The position numbers and the translations under genes were made by a program. This document shows positions 12,353 through 23,770 of a stretch of 64,000 nucleotides of DNA, piece by piece. The notes beneath the pieces are model-generated. The model did no database searches. It was given only the letters and a program-made list of their open reading frames with translations, and was not told the DNA's origin. The stretch's first letter is position 1, and the number at the start of each line of letters is the position of its first letter. Source of the stretch: Cetorhinus maximus (lineage: Eukaryota); assembly GCF_964194155.1 (NCBI RefSeq), contig NC_135901.1:26040001-26104000 (forward strand). The letters run 5' to 3'.

Positions 12353-13676
12353 TCAGTCCTGGATGTGATTAACAGCAGCAATAACAGCAGAATCCAACCC
12401 CTGCAGTCACTTGTGAACTCGCTGCCATGCCTGCAGGTTGGATGATGTTCTAAATCTCTTCGCACAGCGAGAGCAACTGAACGGACTCTCCTCAGTGTGA
12501 ATGCACTGGTGAGCCATCAGGTCCCGAGAGCTTTTGAAACAACTCCCACAGTCAGAGCATTTGAAAGGTCTCTCATTGGTGTGGGTGACATGGTGTCTCA
12601 GCAGGCTGGACGATGTACTGAATCCCTTCCCACATACACAGCACGTGAACGGCCTCTCCCCTGTATGAACTCGCTGGTGTGTCAGCAGGGTGAATGAGTC
12701 AGTGAATCCCTTTCCACACGCGGAGCAGCTGAACAGCCTCTCGGTGTGAACTCACTGGTGCCTCAGCAAGGTGGGTGAATCTCTGAATCCATTCCCACAC
12801 TCGGAGCAGGTGAACAGCCTCTCCTCGGTGTGAATTCGTCGACGTGTCAGCAGGGTGGATGAGTCAGTGAATCCCTTTCCACACACGAAACAGATGAACG
12901 GCCTCTCACCATTGTGAACTCACTGGTGCCTCTGCAGGGCAGATGAATCTCTGAATCCCTTCCCACATTCAGAGCACGTGAACGGCCTCTCCCCAGTGTG
13001 AATTTGCTGGTGTTTCCGCAGGGTGGAATGATCACTGAATGCCTTCCCACACTCAGGGCAGGTGAATGGCCTTTCCCCGGTGTGAGCACGCTGGTGCGTC
13101 TGCAGGCTGGATAACTGAGTAAAACCCTTCCCACACCCTGACCAGGTGAATGGTCTCTCCCCAGTGTGAACTTGCTCGGCTTGCATAGGATGGATGAATC
13201 ATTGAATCCTTTCCCACACTCAGAACAGGTGAACAGCCTCTCCCTGCTATGAATGAGTTTCCAGCTGACATGGGAATCTGCATCCCTTCCCACAGTCCCC
13301 ACAATCCCACACTTTCTCCATGGTGCCAATGGCCTTCTTTCTCTGCAGGTTCGGTGATCAGTTGAAGCCTTGTCCACACACACAAGTGTACAGTCTCTCC
13401 CCACTGTGAATGGTGTGATTTTTTTTTTCTGGCTGTGTAACCGGTTAAAGCTCTTTCCACAGTCAGTGCACTGGAACTGAGGTGAGTGTGTCTTGGTGCT
13501 TTTCCAGTCAAAGATATGTTTAAAACCTTTTGAAGCAGACGGAACAGACAAACATTTCTTCTTCTAGATTGAAATGCTATTGGTATTCAGGTCCTGAAGA
13601 ACCAAGTGACTCTGTCAGATCTTGATGTGAAGTTTGTTTTGAGATTTGCGTCTTCAAATCCTCACCTTCTAATATC
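12353..13676 (-). pseudogene. Frameshifted C2H2 zinc-finger pseudogene ZF4
   Basis: About 11 finger units with frameshifts and stops; conserved acceptor AG mutated to TG (13677-13678); exon-1 donor GTGAGT at 16707-16702. Confidence 0.8.
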
Positions 13677-14315
13677 CAGTAAAAGGAGTTTATAAAAGTC
13701 ATCACTTTCAGTCCGGAATAGAAATTCAGACCAGGCAATTCTAGTTTCTATGGAACATTCTTTCTTCTCTCATTCCCCAAGTCTGTAAATTTCTGTTCCC
13801 CACAGCACCCGCCACCCCCACCCCCAGCTCTCTCTCCATTCTCACTCTGCTGTACCTCATATACATCCTCCTAATTCTCCTGAAGGTGTCAATTCATGCT
13901 TACTGCTTCCTATGCTGGACAATGAGACCTGAAAATCTTCATGCAGGCTGTTCACCATATACATATATATATATATATAATCTTTAATATTGGACAAAAA
14001 ATGTGTGTAATATACAGTACTATATCACTTGGTTAGAGATATAGTGGGGATGTGAGGAAGATTTTTTCTTAGGTAGCGAGTTGCCATGACCTGGAACTTG
14101 CAGCATGAGAGGGTGATGGAAGCAGAGACAACCAATAATTTCACAATGAAATTGGATGGACACTTGAAGGAAATAAACTTGCAGGGTAACGCGGATATAG
14201 AAGGGGGAATGGGACTGACTGGATTGCTCTACAGAGAGTCGGCATGGACTCGAGTTGCCGAATGGACTCCTTCTGTACTGTAATGACTCTACAACTGTAA
14301 ATATATAATGTAGCT

Positions 14316-15139
14316 TGTCATGAAGATATGAATGTAAATAATGCTATTGGAAATTATTTTTTAAATTGGACTTATAGTAGGGTCTGTGTCTGTGGGTGTG
14401 TATGTGTGGCTTAATTGGATTCTAGCCAGATAATCTGGGTGCTTTTATGTATAGTAGATTTGAGGTGGTAATTGGGTGAACAGTAAGTTAAAAGGCAAAG
14501 AGTATATCTGCATTTGTTGAATAAACCATTCAAAAGAAGGGGGTAACATCTTGGGGCACCTAGCTAGGAGACCAAGAAATGTGTTCATATTACTAATAAA
14601 ATTGGTGCTATGAAAGGGGTTTTATTGTTAGAAGAGGTGAAGTTCAAAGACCTAATGATACAGTTTGAATTTACGTTCAAAGGGAGAGCTAGGTGTAACC
14701 CAAGAGGAGTTTGTGTGTGCAGGTCAGAGGCATGTAACATCTAAAAAGCCTGTAAGCCCTACAACTGTCTGCAAAGGAAACAAATTGAAAGGAACCTCAT
14801 TTTGAATTCGTAAGATGATATGTACTTTGCCTGGTGTCTGTTTAACGTCTGTGGGTTGTTGTTGCCTTGGTGAAGATTTACCTGGGTGTGATTAATTTGG
14901 GGATTTGTTTAAAAATTATGGTAGTAATTTGTAGACATGTATATGTGTTTAATTTCTTGTTAAATTAATAAATGTTTAAGTTAGTTTAGATAAAAAAAAC
15001 CTCTTGAGGCTTAGTGGTTTTATTTCTGAACTCAGAGCTGCATTTCAAACATACCAATTGAAAATATAGGTTTTGACAGTTGTTCAAGTTTCCATCTGGG
15101 ATTTAAACAACTCAGCCTTTACAAGTTGCTGTGTCAACA
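14316..15139 (+). mobile_element. Solo LTR
   Basis: TG...CA termini, 5-bp TSD TAGCT/TCGCT and internal AATAAA; paralogous empty site GTAGCTACAGTACTAT at about 6312. Confidence 0.75.
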
Positions 15140-15257
15140 TCGCTGCAGTACTATATTACAACATTACAAGACTAGAAATAGTAATAAATGTACTTTTTTG
15201 CAGAACCATAAATAATATATCCAATATGTACAATATTACACCACTAGACATATCTAT

Positions 15258-15550
15258 GTTGTTACGATCCCCTTAAAATAAACAAATTCCCAGACAACCC
15301 CCAACGGAATAAACCTAAGGATAAGGTTAACTTTTAAAACTTTTACTGTAACAATCAAATTAAAATCAACATACATGAAACCTGCATTAACAGACAAACA
15401 GGATTTGAGTAGACAGGATAAATTTGACTTTAAAAAGTTTATACAATAAAAACAGGTTCCACAAAATCACAAACATTTTCCCCCTCAGCATATTTGGCAC
15501 TAATTCCGGTTACAGAGTCCCACAACTTTCTGTATTTCCCAGGGGAGGGA
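15258..15550 (-). mobile_element. LTR-like fragment (same insertion as 7455-8040)
   Basis: Reverse-complement similarity to about 7740-8040 with the same intron junction. Confidence 0.45.
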
Positions 15551-15555
15551 AAGAA

Positions 15556-16680
15556 AGCATCTGCCCTCACGCCTTCTCCTCCCTCCCAGAAACATGATAG
15601 GGTCCCCTTTGTCTTCACTTATCACCCCACCAGCCTCCGCATTTAAAGGATCATCCTCCGCCATTTCCGCCAACTCCAGCATGATGCCACCACCAAACAC
15701 ATCTTCCCTTCACTCCCCCCGGCGGTATTCCGTAGGGATCGTTCCCTCCGTGACACCCTGGTCTACACCTCCATCACCCCCTACTCCTCAACCCCCACCT
15801 ACGGCACCTCCCCATGCAAACGCAAAATATGCAACACCTGCCCCTTCACTTCCTCTCTCCTCACCGTCAAAGGGCCCAAACACTCCTTTCAAGTGAAGCA
15901 GCTTTTCACTTGCACTTCCCTCAACTTAGTCTACTGCATTCGTTGCTCCCAATGCAGTTTCCTCTACATTGGAGAGACCAAACGCAGACTGGGTGACTGC
16001 TTTGCAGAACACCTTCGGTCTGTCCGCAAGCATTACCCAGACCTCCCTATCGCTTGCCATTTCAACACTCCACCCTGCTCTCTTGCCCACATGTCTGCCC
16101 TTGGCTTGCTGCATTGTTCCAGTGAAGCTCAACGCAAACTGGCAGAACAGCACCTCATCTTCCGACTAGGCACTTTACAGCCTTCCGGACTGAATATTGA
16201 GTTCAACAATTTTCGATCTTGAACTTTCTCCTCCATCCCCATCCCCTTCCCGTTTCTTCCCCCTCCTTTTTGTTTTTTCCAATAATTTATATAGATTTTT
16301 CTTTTCCCACCTATTTCCATTGTTTTTAAATGTATTTCCACCCATTGTTTATTTCTACCTTTTAGTATTCCCCCACCCCAACTAGAGCTATCTGTACCTT
16401 GCTTGTCCTGTTTTCTACTCTTAATTCGCACATTCTCTTAGATAATATCACCACCTTCAACACCTCATTGTTCTTTTGTCTGTGTTCTTTTGGTTATCTC
16501 CACCTATTACTGGCTGCTTGTCACCACAACCCATCCACCCACCCCCCCCACCCCACCCCCCCAAACCAGCTTATATTTCACCCTTTTCCTATCTCTTAGT
16601 TCTGTTGAAGGGTCATGAGGACTCGAAACTACTGCCAGACCTGCTGAGTTTTTCCAGGTATTTCTGTTTCTGTTTTTGTT
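15556..16680 (+). mobile_element. 5'-truncated Penelope-like element (GIY-YIG endonuclease and pLTR)
   Basis: ORF 15893-16222 reads FTCTSLNLVYCIRCSQCSFLYIGETKRRL..EH..HFN..LGTLQPSGLN; hammerhead-like motif at about 16599-16629. Confidence 0.85.
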
Positions 16681-16701
16681 GTGAGGGAAAGAAAGTGTTT
16701 T

Positions 16702-17240
16702 ACTCACAGATGTTAGACAGAGGAGGAAGTTTTAGTGTCTGTGTGAAGTTAATAACAAATGTTGTATTGTTTAAAATCAAACTTGAAAGAAAATGAGTGG
16801 AAGACATTTTGTGAGCTGCACTCCCTCTGCGGGCAGCCCAGCGCGCAGGCGCAGAAGGGGCTGCTGACCCGAGCTGTCTGGAGCACGCGCAGTGCAGCTG
16901 CCGCTAGCGGTCGCTCTCGATCTATTTTTGGACCAGCCGCCGTAGTCAGTGGGGGGAGGGGGAATTCGCCGAGCGGCTTCTCGCTCTGGCCGGTGCCGTC
17001 AGCCGGTTGCCTGGAAACCTTGGCTCGAGGAGATGCAGGGGGAGCGGGAACAATGGGTGGGGGCGGGGCTCCAGTGTCCGCGGGCCTGGCCTGCAGACTG
17101 GAACCCGAAGACGTCACCGCGGAGCAGAGTGATTCCTATTGGCTGATTCAGGCATGGTGTTCCATTGTGGACGTCACAATGCGGAAGTTGGACAATGAGC
17201 TTCAGACTAAAACTTCCTCCTCTGGGCATCATCTGTGAGG
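16702..17240. promoter_or_regulatory. CpG-island bidirectional promoter with first exons of ZF4 (-) and ZF5 (+)
   Basis: Donors at 16707 (-, GTGAGT) and 17235 (+, GTGAGG); NRF1-like GCGCAGGCGCA, GC box GGGGCGGGGC, reverse CCAAT, GACGTCA and ETS-like GCGGAAGT. Confidence 0.7.
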
Positions 17241-17914
17241 AAATCAATGTTTCCCCCTTTCCATTTCTTTTCTAATTCTGGGCTTAAATTGTTGACTTGC
17301 AGGAACTGAAGGAAATGAAGTGAATCCAGGGAGGGTGCAGACTCTGGAAAGGTTGCCCCAGGCCTCTCAATGAAAGGGGTGGTTTGTCCAGGAGTTGCCC
17401 GGTATTTAATGAGACAGTACAGTCAGAGAGACATTGAGTATTGCTGTAAAAAGAGAGATTCTGTCGAAGCTTTTCATTTGCACGCATCAGAATAGATGCT
17501 AGAATGTCAAATTTCAAAGGGAACAATAATTCATATTGTAAAACAGTGAGCTGATTGTTTTGCAAGTGTACTCAGGTCACGTTGTTGCTTTGGGGTATGC
17601 ACCAGGGAACAATCATGGCTAGCTTTTAATTAAATTCAGAAAATCCGAGTCAAATCCAGTTGGTTGAGAGATGCCACTGGGGGAAACGACAAGGAATAGT
17701 TGTCCATGTAGCTTTTGTTTAATTGAAAAGCCACAATGCCTCGACAAATTCATTTTCCCTGCTGAGGACCAGGCCCAATATAAGATTATCAGTTGGACTC
17801 ACAATGTGGCTCACTTATACTTGCTAGAAGGTCCATTTGTCCCTATTCTGGGTCCGGTCCACTACTCGCAAAGGAATTTTTCAGGAAGTCTTGCTACAGC
17901 TGCACAGGGCATTG

Positions 17915-18460
17915 TTGAGGCCACACGTTGAGTATTCTGTACAGTTTTGGACTCCTTCCTTAAGGAGGGATATACTGGCTTGGGAGCCATTTTAGAAGGT
18001 TCACTAGACTGATTCCTGGGATGAAGGATTGTTTTATGAAAAATGCTAAGCAGGTTGAGCCTTAACTCATTGGAGTTTAGAAGAACGAGAGGTGATCTTA
18101 TTGAAACAAATAGCATTCTGAGGGGGCTCGACAGGTGCTGGGAGAATGTTCCCTCTCATGGGGAAATCTAGAACAAGGGGACACAGTTTTTAAAAAGGGG
18201 TCTCCTATTTAAGATGGAGATGGGGAGGAATTTATTCTCTCAGAGGAGCATTAGTCTTAGGAATTCTCATCCACAGAGAGCAGTGGAGACGGGACATTGA
18301 ATATATTCAAGGCCGAGTTAGACAGATTTTTGATCGACAAGGGAGCCAAATGGTTAGTGGATAGGCAGGAAAGTGCAGTTAAGGCCACATCAGATCAAAC
18401 ATGATCTTATTGAATGGTGGAGCAGGCTTGATGGAATGAATGGCCTACTGATGTTCCCAT
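17915..18460 (+). mobile_element. CR1 LINE 3' fragment
   Basis: Degenerate RPxLEYSVQFW..RGDLIET..FFSQR segment. Confidence 0.7.
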
Positions 18461-19068
18461 TTCTTATAACCTCCGTGCCCAGGACAGGAAGCAGTGAACA
18501 TGAATCTGTCAATCAGCTTGAATCAGCACCTTTAGAAAAATTGGAAGGGTGTATATTTGGTATGGCAGAATGAGGATGTAGGGAAAGTGTGCGGGATGGA
18601 GATTTAGAGATTTTGGGGATTGAGAGAGGAAAGAATGTTCTATCAAAATTACAATAGCCTGTTCTGAATTTCTCCCCTGTACTGACAGCAATGACTTTTG
18701 TAAACTTTTACAGGACATTAGAGGGGGAGGATTTGCAAACTGAAATCTCAAACCAAATGTCACATCAACAGTCACTCGGTTCATCACAATGTGAGTATCA
18801 TCGGCCTTAGAATCTAGAAGGAGAACTGTTTGTCTGTTCTGTCTGCTTCAAAAGGTTTTAAACATCAGTGTGACTGGAAAAGCACTGAGACACACAGCCC
18901 GAGTGAGAGTGTTCCAGTGCACTGACTGTGGAGAAAGCTTTAACGGGTTACACAGCTTGACAAAAACATGAGACCATTAACAGCAGGGAGAGACTGTACA
19001 CGTGTTCTGTTTGTAGAAGTGTTTTCAACTGATTGTTGAAACTGGAGAGACACAAGGACACCCACACA

Positions 19069-20274
19069 ATGGAGAAACCGTGGAAGTGCAGGGACTGTGG
19101 GAAGGGATTCCGGACCCCATCTGCACTGGAAAATCATCGACGCAGTCACACCAGGGATAGACCATTCACCTGCCCTGTTTGTGGGAAGGGATTCACTCTC
19201 TCAGCCAACCTGCTGACACACAAGCGAATTCACACCGGGGGGAGACCATTCACCTGCTCCAAGTGTGGGAAGGGATTCACTCAGTCATCCGCCCTGCGGA
19301 GACACCAGCGAGTTCACACTGGGCAGAGGCCGTTCACCTGCTCTGACTGTGGGAAGGCATTTACTCAGTTATCCAGCCTGATGACCCACCAGCGAATTCA
19401 CACTGGGGAGAGGCCATTCGCCTGCTCTGACTGTGGGAAAGGATTCACTCAGTTATCCAGCCTGCTGATACACCAGCGACTTCATACCGGGGAGAGACCT
19501 TTCACTTGCTCAGTGTGTGGGAAGGGATTCAATCAGTCAACTAACTTGCTGACACACCAACGAGTTCACACAGGGGAGAGTCCGTTCACCTGCTCCGAGT
19601 GTGGGAAGGGATTCACTCAGTCATCCGCCCTGTGGAGACACCAGCGAGTTCACACTGGGCAGAGGCCGTTCACCTGCTCTGACTGTGGGAAGGCATTTAC
19701 TCAGTTATCCAGCCTGATGACACACCAGCGAATTCACACTGGGGAGAGGCCATTCGCCTGCTCTGACTGTGGGAAAGGATTCACTCAGTTATCCAACCTG
19801 CTGATACACCAGCGACTTCATACCGGTGAGAGACCTTTCACCTGCTCTGAGTGTGGGAAGGGATTCAATCAGTCAACTAACTTGCTCACCCACCAGCGAG
19901 TTCACACAGGGGAGAAGCCGTTCACCTGCTCCAAGTGTGGGAAGGGATTCACTCATTCATCCGCCCTGCGGAGACACCAGCGAATTCACACCGGGGAGAG
20001 ACCATTCACCTGCTCTGACTGTGGGAAGGGATTCATTCATTCATCTGCCCTGCAGACACATGAGCGACTTCACACCGGGGAGAGACCGTTCACCTGCTCT
20101 GAGTGTGGGAAGGGATTCAGTGATTCATCCAACCTGCTGATGCACCAACGAATTCATACTGGGGAGAGGCCATTCATCTGCTGTAACTGCGGGAAGAGAT
20201 TCAGACATTCATCCACCCTGCTGAAGCACCAGCAAGTTCATGCTGAGAAGAGGCCATTCACCTGCTCTGTTTGA
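19069..20274 (+). CDS. C2H2 zinc-finger gene ZF5 (14 fingers, 15th cut by TGT>TGA)
   Basis: ATG of MEKPWKC at 19069; acceptor TTTTACAG|G at 18713; long open finger array. Confidence 0.85.
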   Translation: MEKPWKCRDCGKGFRTPSALENHRRSHTRDRPFTCPVCGKGFTLSANLLTHKRIHTGGRPFTCSKCGKGFTQSSALRRHQRVHTGQRPFTCSDCGKAFTQLSSLMTHQRIHTGERPFACSDCGKGFTQLSSLLIHQRLHTGERPFTCSVCGKGFNQSTNLLTHQRVHTGESPFTCSECGKGFTQSSALWRHQRVHTGQRPFTCSDCGKAFTQLSSLMTHQRIHTGERPFACSDCGKGFTQLSNLLIHQRLHTGERPFTCSECGKGFNQSTNLLTHQRVHTGEKPFTCSKCGKGFTHSSALRRHQRIHTGERPFTCSDCGKGFIHSSALQTHERLHTGERPFTCSECGKGFSDSSNLLMHQRIHTGERPFICCNCGKRFRHSSTLLKHQQVHAEKRPFTCSV

Positions 20275-23016
20275 GGGAAGGGATTTACTCAGTTATCCAG
20301 CCTGATGAGACACCAGCGAGTTCACAGATGATTGCAGGGATTCTGCTGTTATTGCTGTTGTTAATCACATCCAGGACTGAACCATGTTCATTCTGACTGT
20401 TGATGAAGTGGGAGGGTCAGAGGGCTTCTTTCCGCTGGGCTGGCTGGTCTCAAGGCTTTGCTTCCAGTGGGCTGATGTTCTTTGAGCCTGGGAGTGCACA
20501 TTCCCACTGAAATGATCCACAAAGCTGATTAAGTACATTTATTATATCCTAAATAGTAAACAGTGTTTTTCCTACCACTACAGATAGATCACAAATAAAT
20601 ACATTTGTCTCTGTTCCATTGAGTCTACAGCATGGGGCCAGGCCAGTCGGCTCAATTGGTCTTTGTCAGTATTTATGCTCCACATGAGCCTCCGCTTCAT
20701 CTCCCCCCATCAGCATATCTTTCTATTCCTATCTCCCTCGTGTATGTATCTAACCTCTGCTTAAATGTCTTCATGTTTTTCACCTCAACCACTCGCTGTG
20801 GTAGCAAGTTCCACATTCTCACCACTCGCTGGGTAAAGAGGTTTGTCATGAAATCCCTATTGGATTATTGAATCCCTTCATAATCTTAAAGACTTCCATC
20901 AGGTCATCCTCCAGTCTTCTCTCTTTTTCCTGAGAAGTGTCAGTGAAGAAAATGCTTTTGGTTCTGGTATTGTTCTTTTTCTAAATGGAGATCACTAATG
21001 TTGACAGTACTCCCAGTTAGTCTAACCATGGTTCGAAACAAGATGAACATAAACTCCCTGGTTTTCAATTCTATCCGTCTATAATGGAACACTATATATG
21101 GACCACACATTAAAGGAAAGATGTGAATTCTTTGAGAGGCTGGAGACAGGATTTATGAGAACGGCACCAGGGATGAGGGACTTCAATTAGTTGGAGAGAC
21201 TGGAGTAGATGAAATTCCTCTCTTTAGATCATAGAATTATGCATTCGGCCCATCAATTGCATGCCAGCTCTCCAGAGTGGACCAGTCAGTTCCATTGCCC
21301 CGTTCCATCCTCACATCCCTATAGGTTTATTTGTCCACCCAATTATCTCCGCTTCTCTCACCCTCATTGGAAGCAGATTCCAGGTCATGACCACTCACTT
21401 TAAATGCCTACAAGGCTCACAGAGCAAAGAGGGAGGCCATTAGGCCCATCATGCTCATGCTGGCTCTTTGAAAAACAACTCAATTAATCCAGTCGCCCTG
21501 CAGTTTTCTTTCCCTTTCAAGAATCTGTCCAGATCCCTTTTTAAAGATAGAAGTGAATCTGCTTCTCGCACCGTTTTCAGGCAGTGCGTTCCAAATCACA
21601 ACAACTTGCTGTGTTTTAAAACAAATAATTCAGGATATTGTGTGTTTGAAGTTTCACATAGTATTCAAAATGGTGTCAAAGGTGTGGTTATTACACAAAA
21701 TTAAGGTTCAATCTTTATCAATGATTTTGACAAGGGGATTGTGTGTAATATATTCAATTTTCTGGACAATTACGAAACAATACATTTCTATAGCACCTCT
21801 CAGGACCACAGGACCTCTTGAAGTGTTCTGCAGCCAATGAAGTAGTTTTGAAGTTTCATCATTGTTGTAATGTATGAAACTATAGATAGGGCGGGGTAGT
21901 CAAATTTCATTTTAAAAATCAATCACTTTCATCCTGTATTCACTGTTTTAAGTAACAAGGTCAAGGGAGCCATTTTAAACTCTTAACACGTGGCTTCTTG
22001 AAACTTTTGCACATTGTATAACTTTTCTTTATTAAATACATATTGGTTTTGTATTAATAGCCAGTCATGAACCAGATGATTATTCAGTAATGAACCTTGA
22101 ATAAGTTATCACTTAGTGCATCAATGTAATAGATAATTATATTATAAAGGGTGCATCTGCATTTTAAAAAATGAACACCATATAAACCTATTTTTTCTAG
22201 AAACTGCAGAACTAGCAGAAATTGTTTAAACAAATAAATTATTTTCTAATTTTGATAAGCTATAGGACATCATATTCTGCCAAAATCCAGTTTAAGAATA
22301 AGGCTCATTATTTAATCCATTCAGGATTAGTAAAAAAGCTATTGTTTTCCACGAACTGTTGTTTTGAACCACTGTATCTTGTATTAACCAAATGTATTGA
22401 TTAAATATTACTGTATTAATTAACTATCAGTCAGTAACAGATGTTTAAGTAGTGAGCCTTAATTGAGTTACAATTAATGAATCAATAATGAATCAGTAGT
22501 TATAGTAAAAGACTGAGTTTTATTCACTGTAAAGATGTGAAACCTTCACTGCTGCGTACATAAAGAATGTGCAATGAAGATAAATGTACTGGTAAGAGAG
22601 ACCTTCAAGCTCTGATTAGCCTCAAAGTTTGAAACTGTCTGAAAACCTGTCTGATTGTATAGAATCAGATAAAGGGATAGTATGAAACAGTTCTATTGTA
22701 TTCCTGTCAAAGATAATGAGAGAAGGTCGTGTAAGTAATTGTGAATACAATTAATCTAGTAACTAAATTGATCCATTGTCATGTTACAACAAGCCCCATT
22801 CTGATGTGAGGTAATGGTCACTTTGGGGATAAAAATAGAGGTTCCAAAGGTCTTCCTTGCTAGCCAAGTGCTGAAGATTCCCAAGGCTGAGTTCCAAGGA
22901 AATTACTGTCAAAGAAGGAGCCAGAGAGGGTGACGCTTCTACGGACTGATCACCCACATGAAGTTGTAAAAGTTAATGTCTTAAAATTGTTAATTAAACC
23001 TTTATCTCATAATGTA

Positions 23017-23330
23017 TGGGGGAGGCAATGGTGTAGTGGTATTATCGCTGGACTAGTAATCCAGAGACCTAGGGTAATGCTTTGGGGACCAGGGTTTGAA
23101 TCCCACCATGGCAGATGATGGAATTTGAATTCAATAGGAATCTGAGATTAAAAGGCTGATAATGACTCATGAAACCATTGTCAGGGAAGGAAATCTGCTG
23201 CCCTTACCTGGTCTGGCCTACATGTGACTCCAGACTCTTAAATGCCCCTCTGAACAAGGGCAATTAGGGATGGGCAATAAATGCTGACCTAGCCAGCGAC
23301 GTCCACATCCCATGAATGAATAAAAAAATA
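23017..23330 (+). mobile_element. tRNA-derived SINE (same family as 2360-2832)
   Basis: TGGTGTAGTGG A-box and GGTTTGAATCC B-box; same tail and poly(A). Confidence 0.75.
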
Positions 23331-23483
23331 AGTTTTTTTTAAGTTTACTATCGAGAGAAGTCTGCTTTGCCTTAATTGGTTAAAATCTTGTTCGGACCAA
23401 AGTGAATTTATTAAGTGGCAAGCTGAAATCAATTAAGTTACAGATCGCAAGATCAGATAATATAAATCTTAATTTTAAGATAT

Positions 23484-23770
23484 TACATTTATATAGCGTC
23501 TTTCACAACCACAGTACATCACAAAACGCTTTGCAGCCAATGAAGTACTTTTGAAGTGTAGTCACTGTCGTAAAGTTGGAAACATGGCAGCCAGTTTACA
23601 CACTGCAAGATCCCACAAACATCAATGTGATAATGAGCAGATGATCTGTTTTAGTGATGCTGATTGATAAATATTGGCCGGGACACCTGGGATAGCTCCC
23701 CTGCTCTTCTTCAAAATATTGGCCATGAGAACTTCCATCTCCGCCCAAAGGGGCAGATAGGGCCCTTGAG
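23484..23770 (-). mobile_element. Deu-domain SINE (SacSINE1/AmnSINE1-related)
   Basis: Reverse strand reads GAAGAAGAGCAGGGG..CAGATCATCTG..ACTACACTTCAAAAGTACTTCATTGGCTG, recognised from memory as a Deu domain and tail; further fragments near 2165, 21780 and 31725. Confidence 0.65.

Noticed and set aside
16749-17247. Overlapping ORFs in GC-rich promoter regions (also at about 7100, 31100, 32800, 39000 and 52300)
   Set aside because: Expected from low stop-codon density in CpG islands; no domain signature.
18860-19035. Selenocysteine decoding of the conserved leader TGAs
   Set aside because: The TGAs are not at Cys positions, the leaders also carry frameshifts, and no SECIS was recognised.
19826-20140. 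Alternative-frame ORFs over finger arrays (VGRDS../WEGIH.. peptides, many loci)
   Set aside because: Shadow frames of the 84-bp finger repeat.
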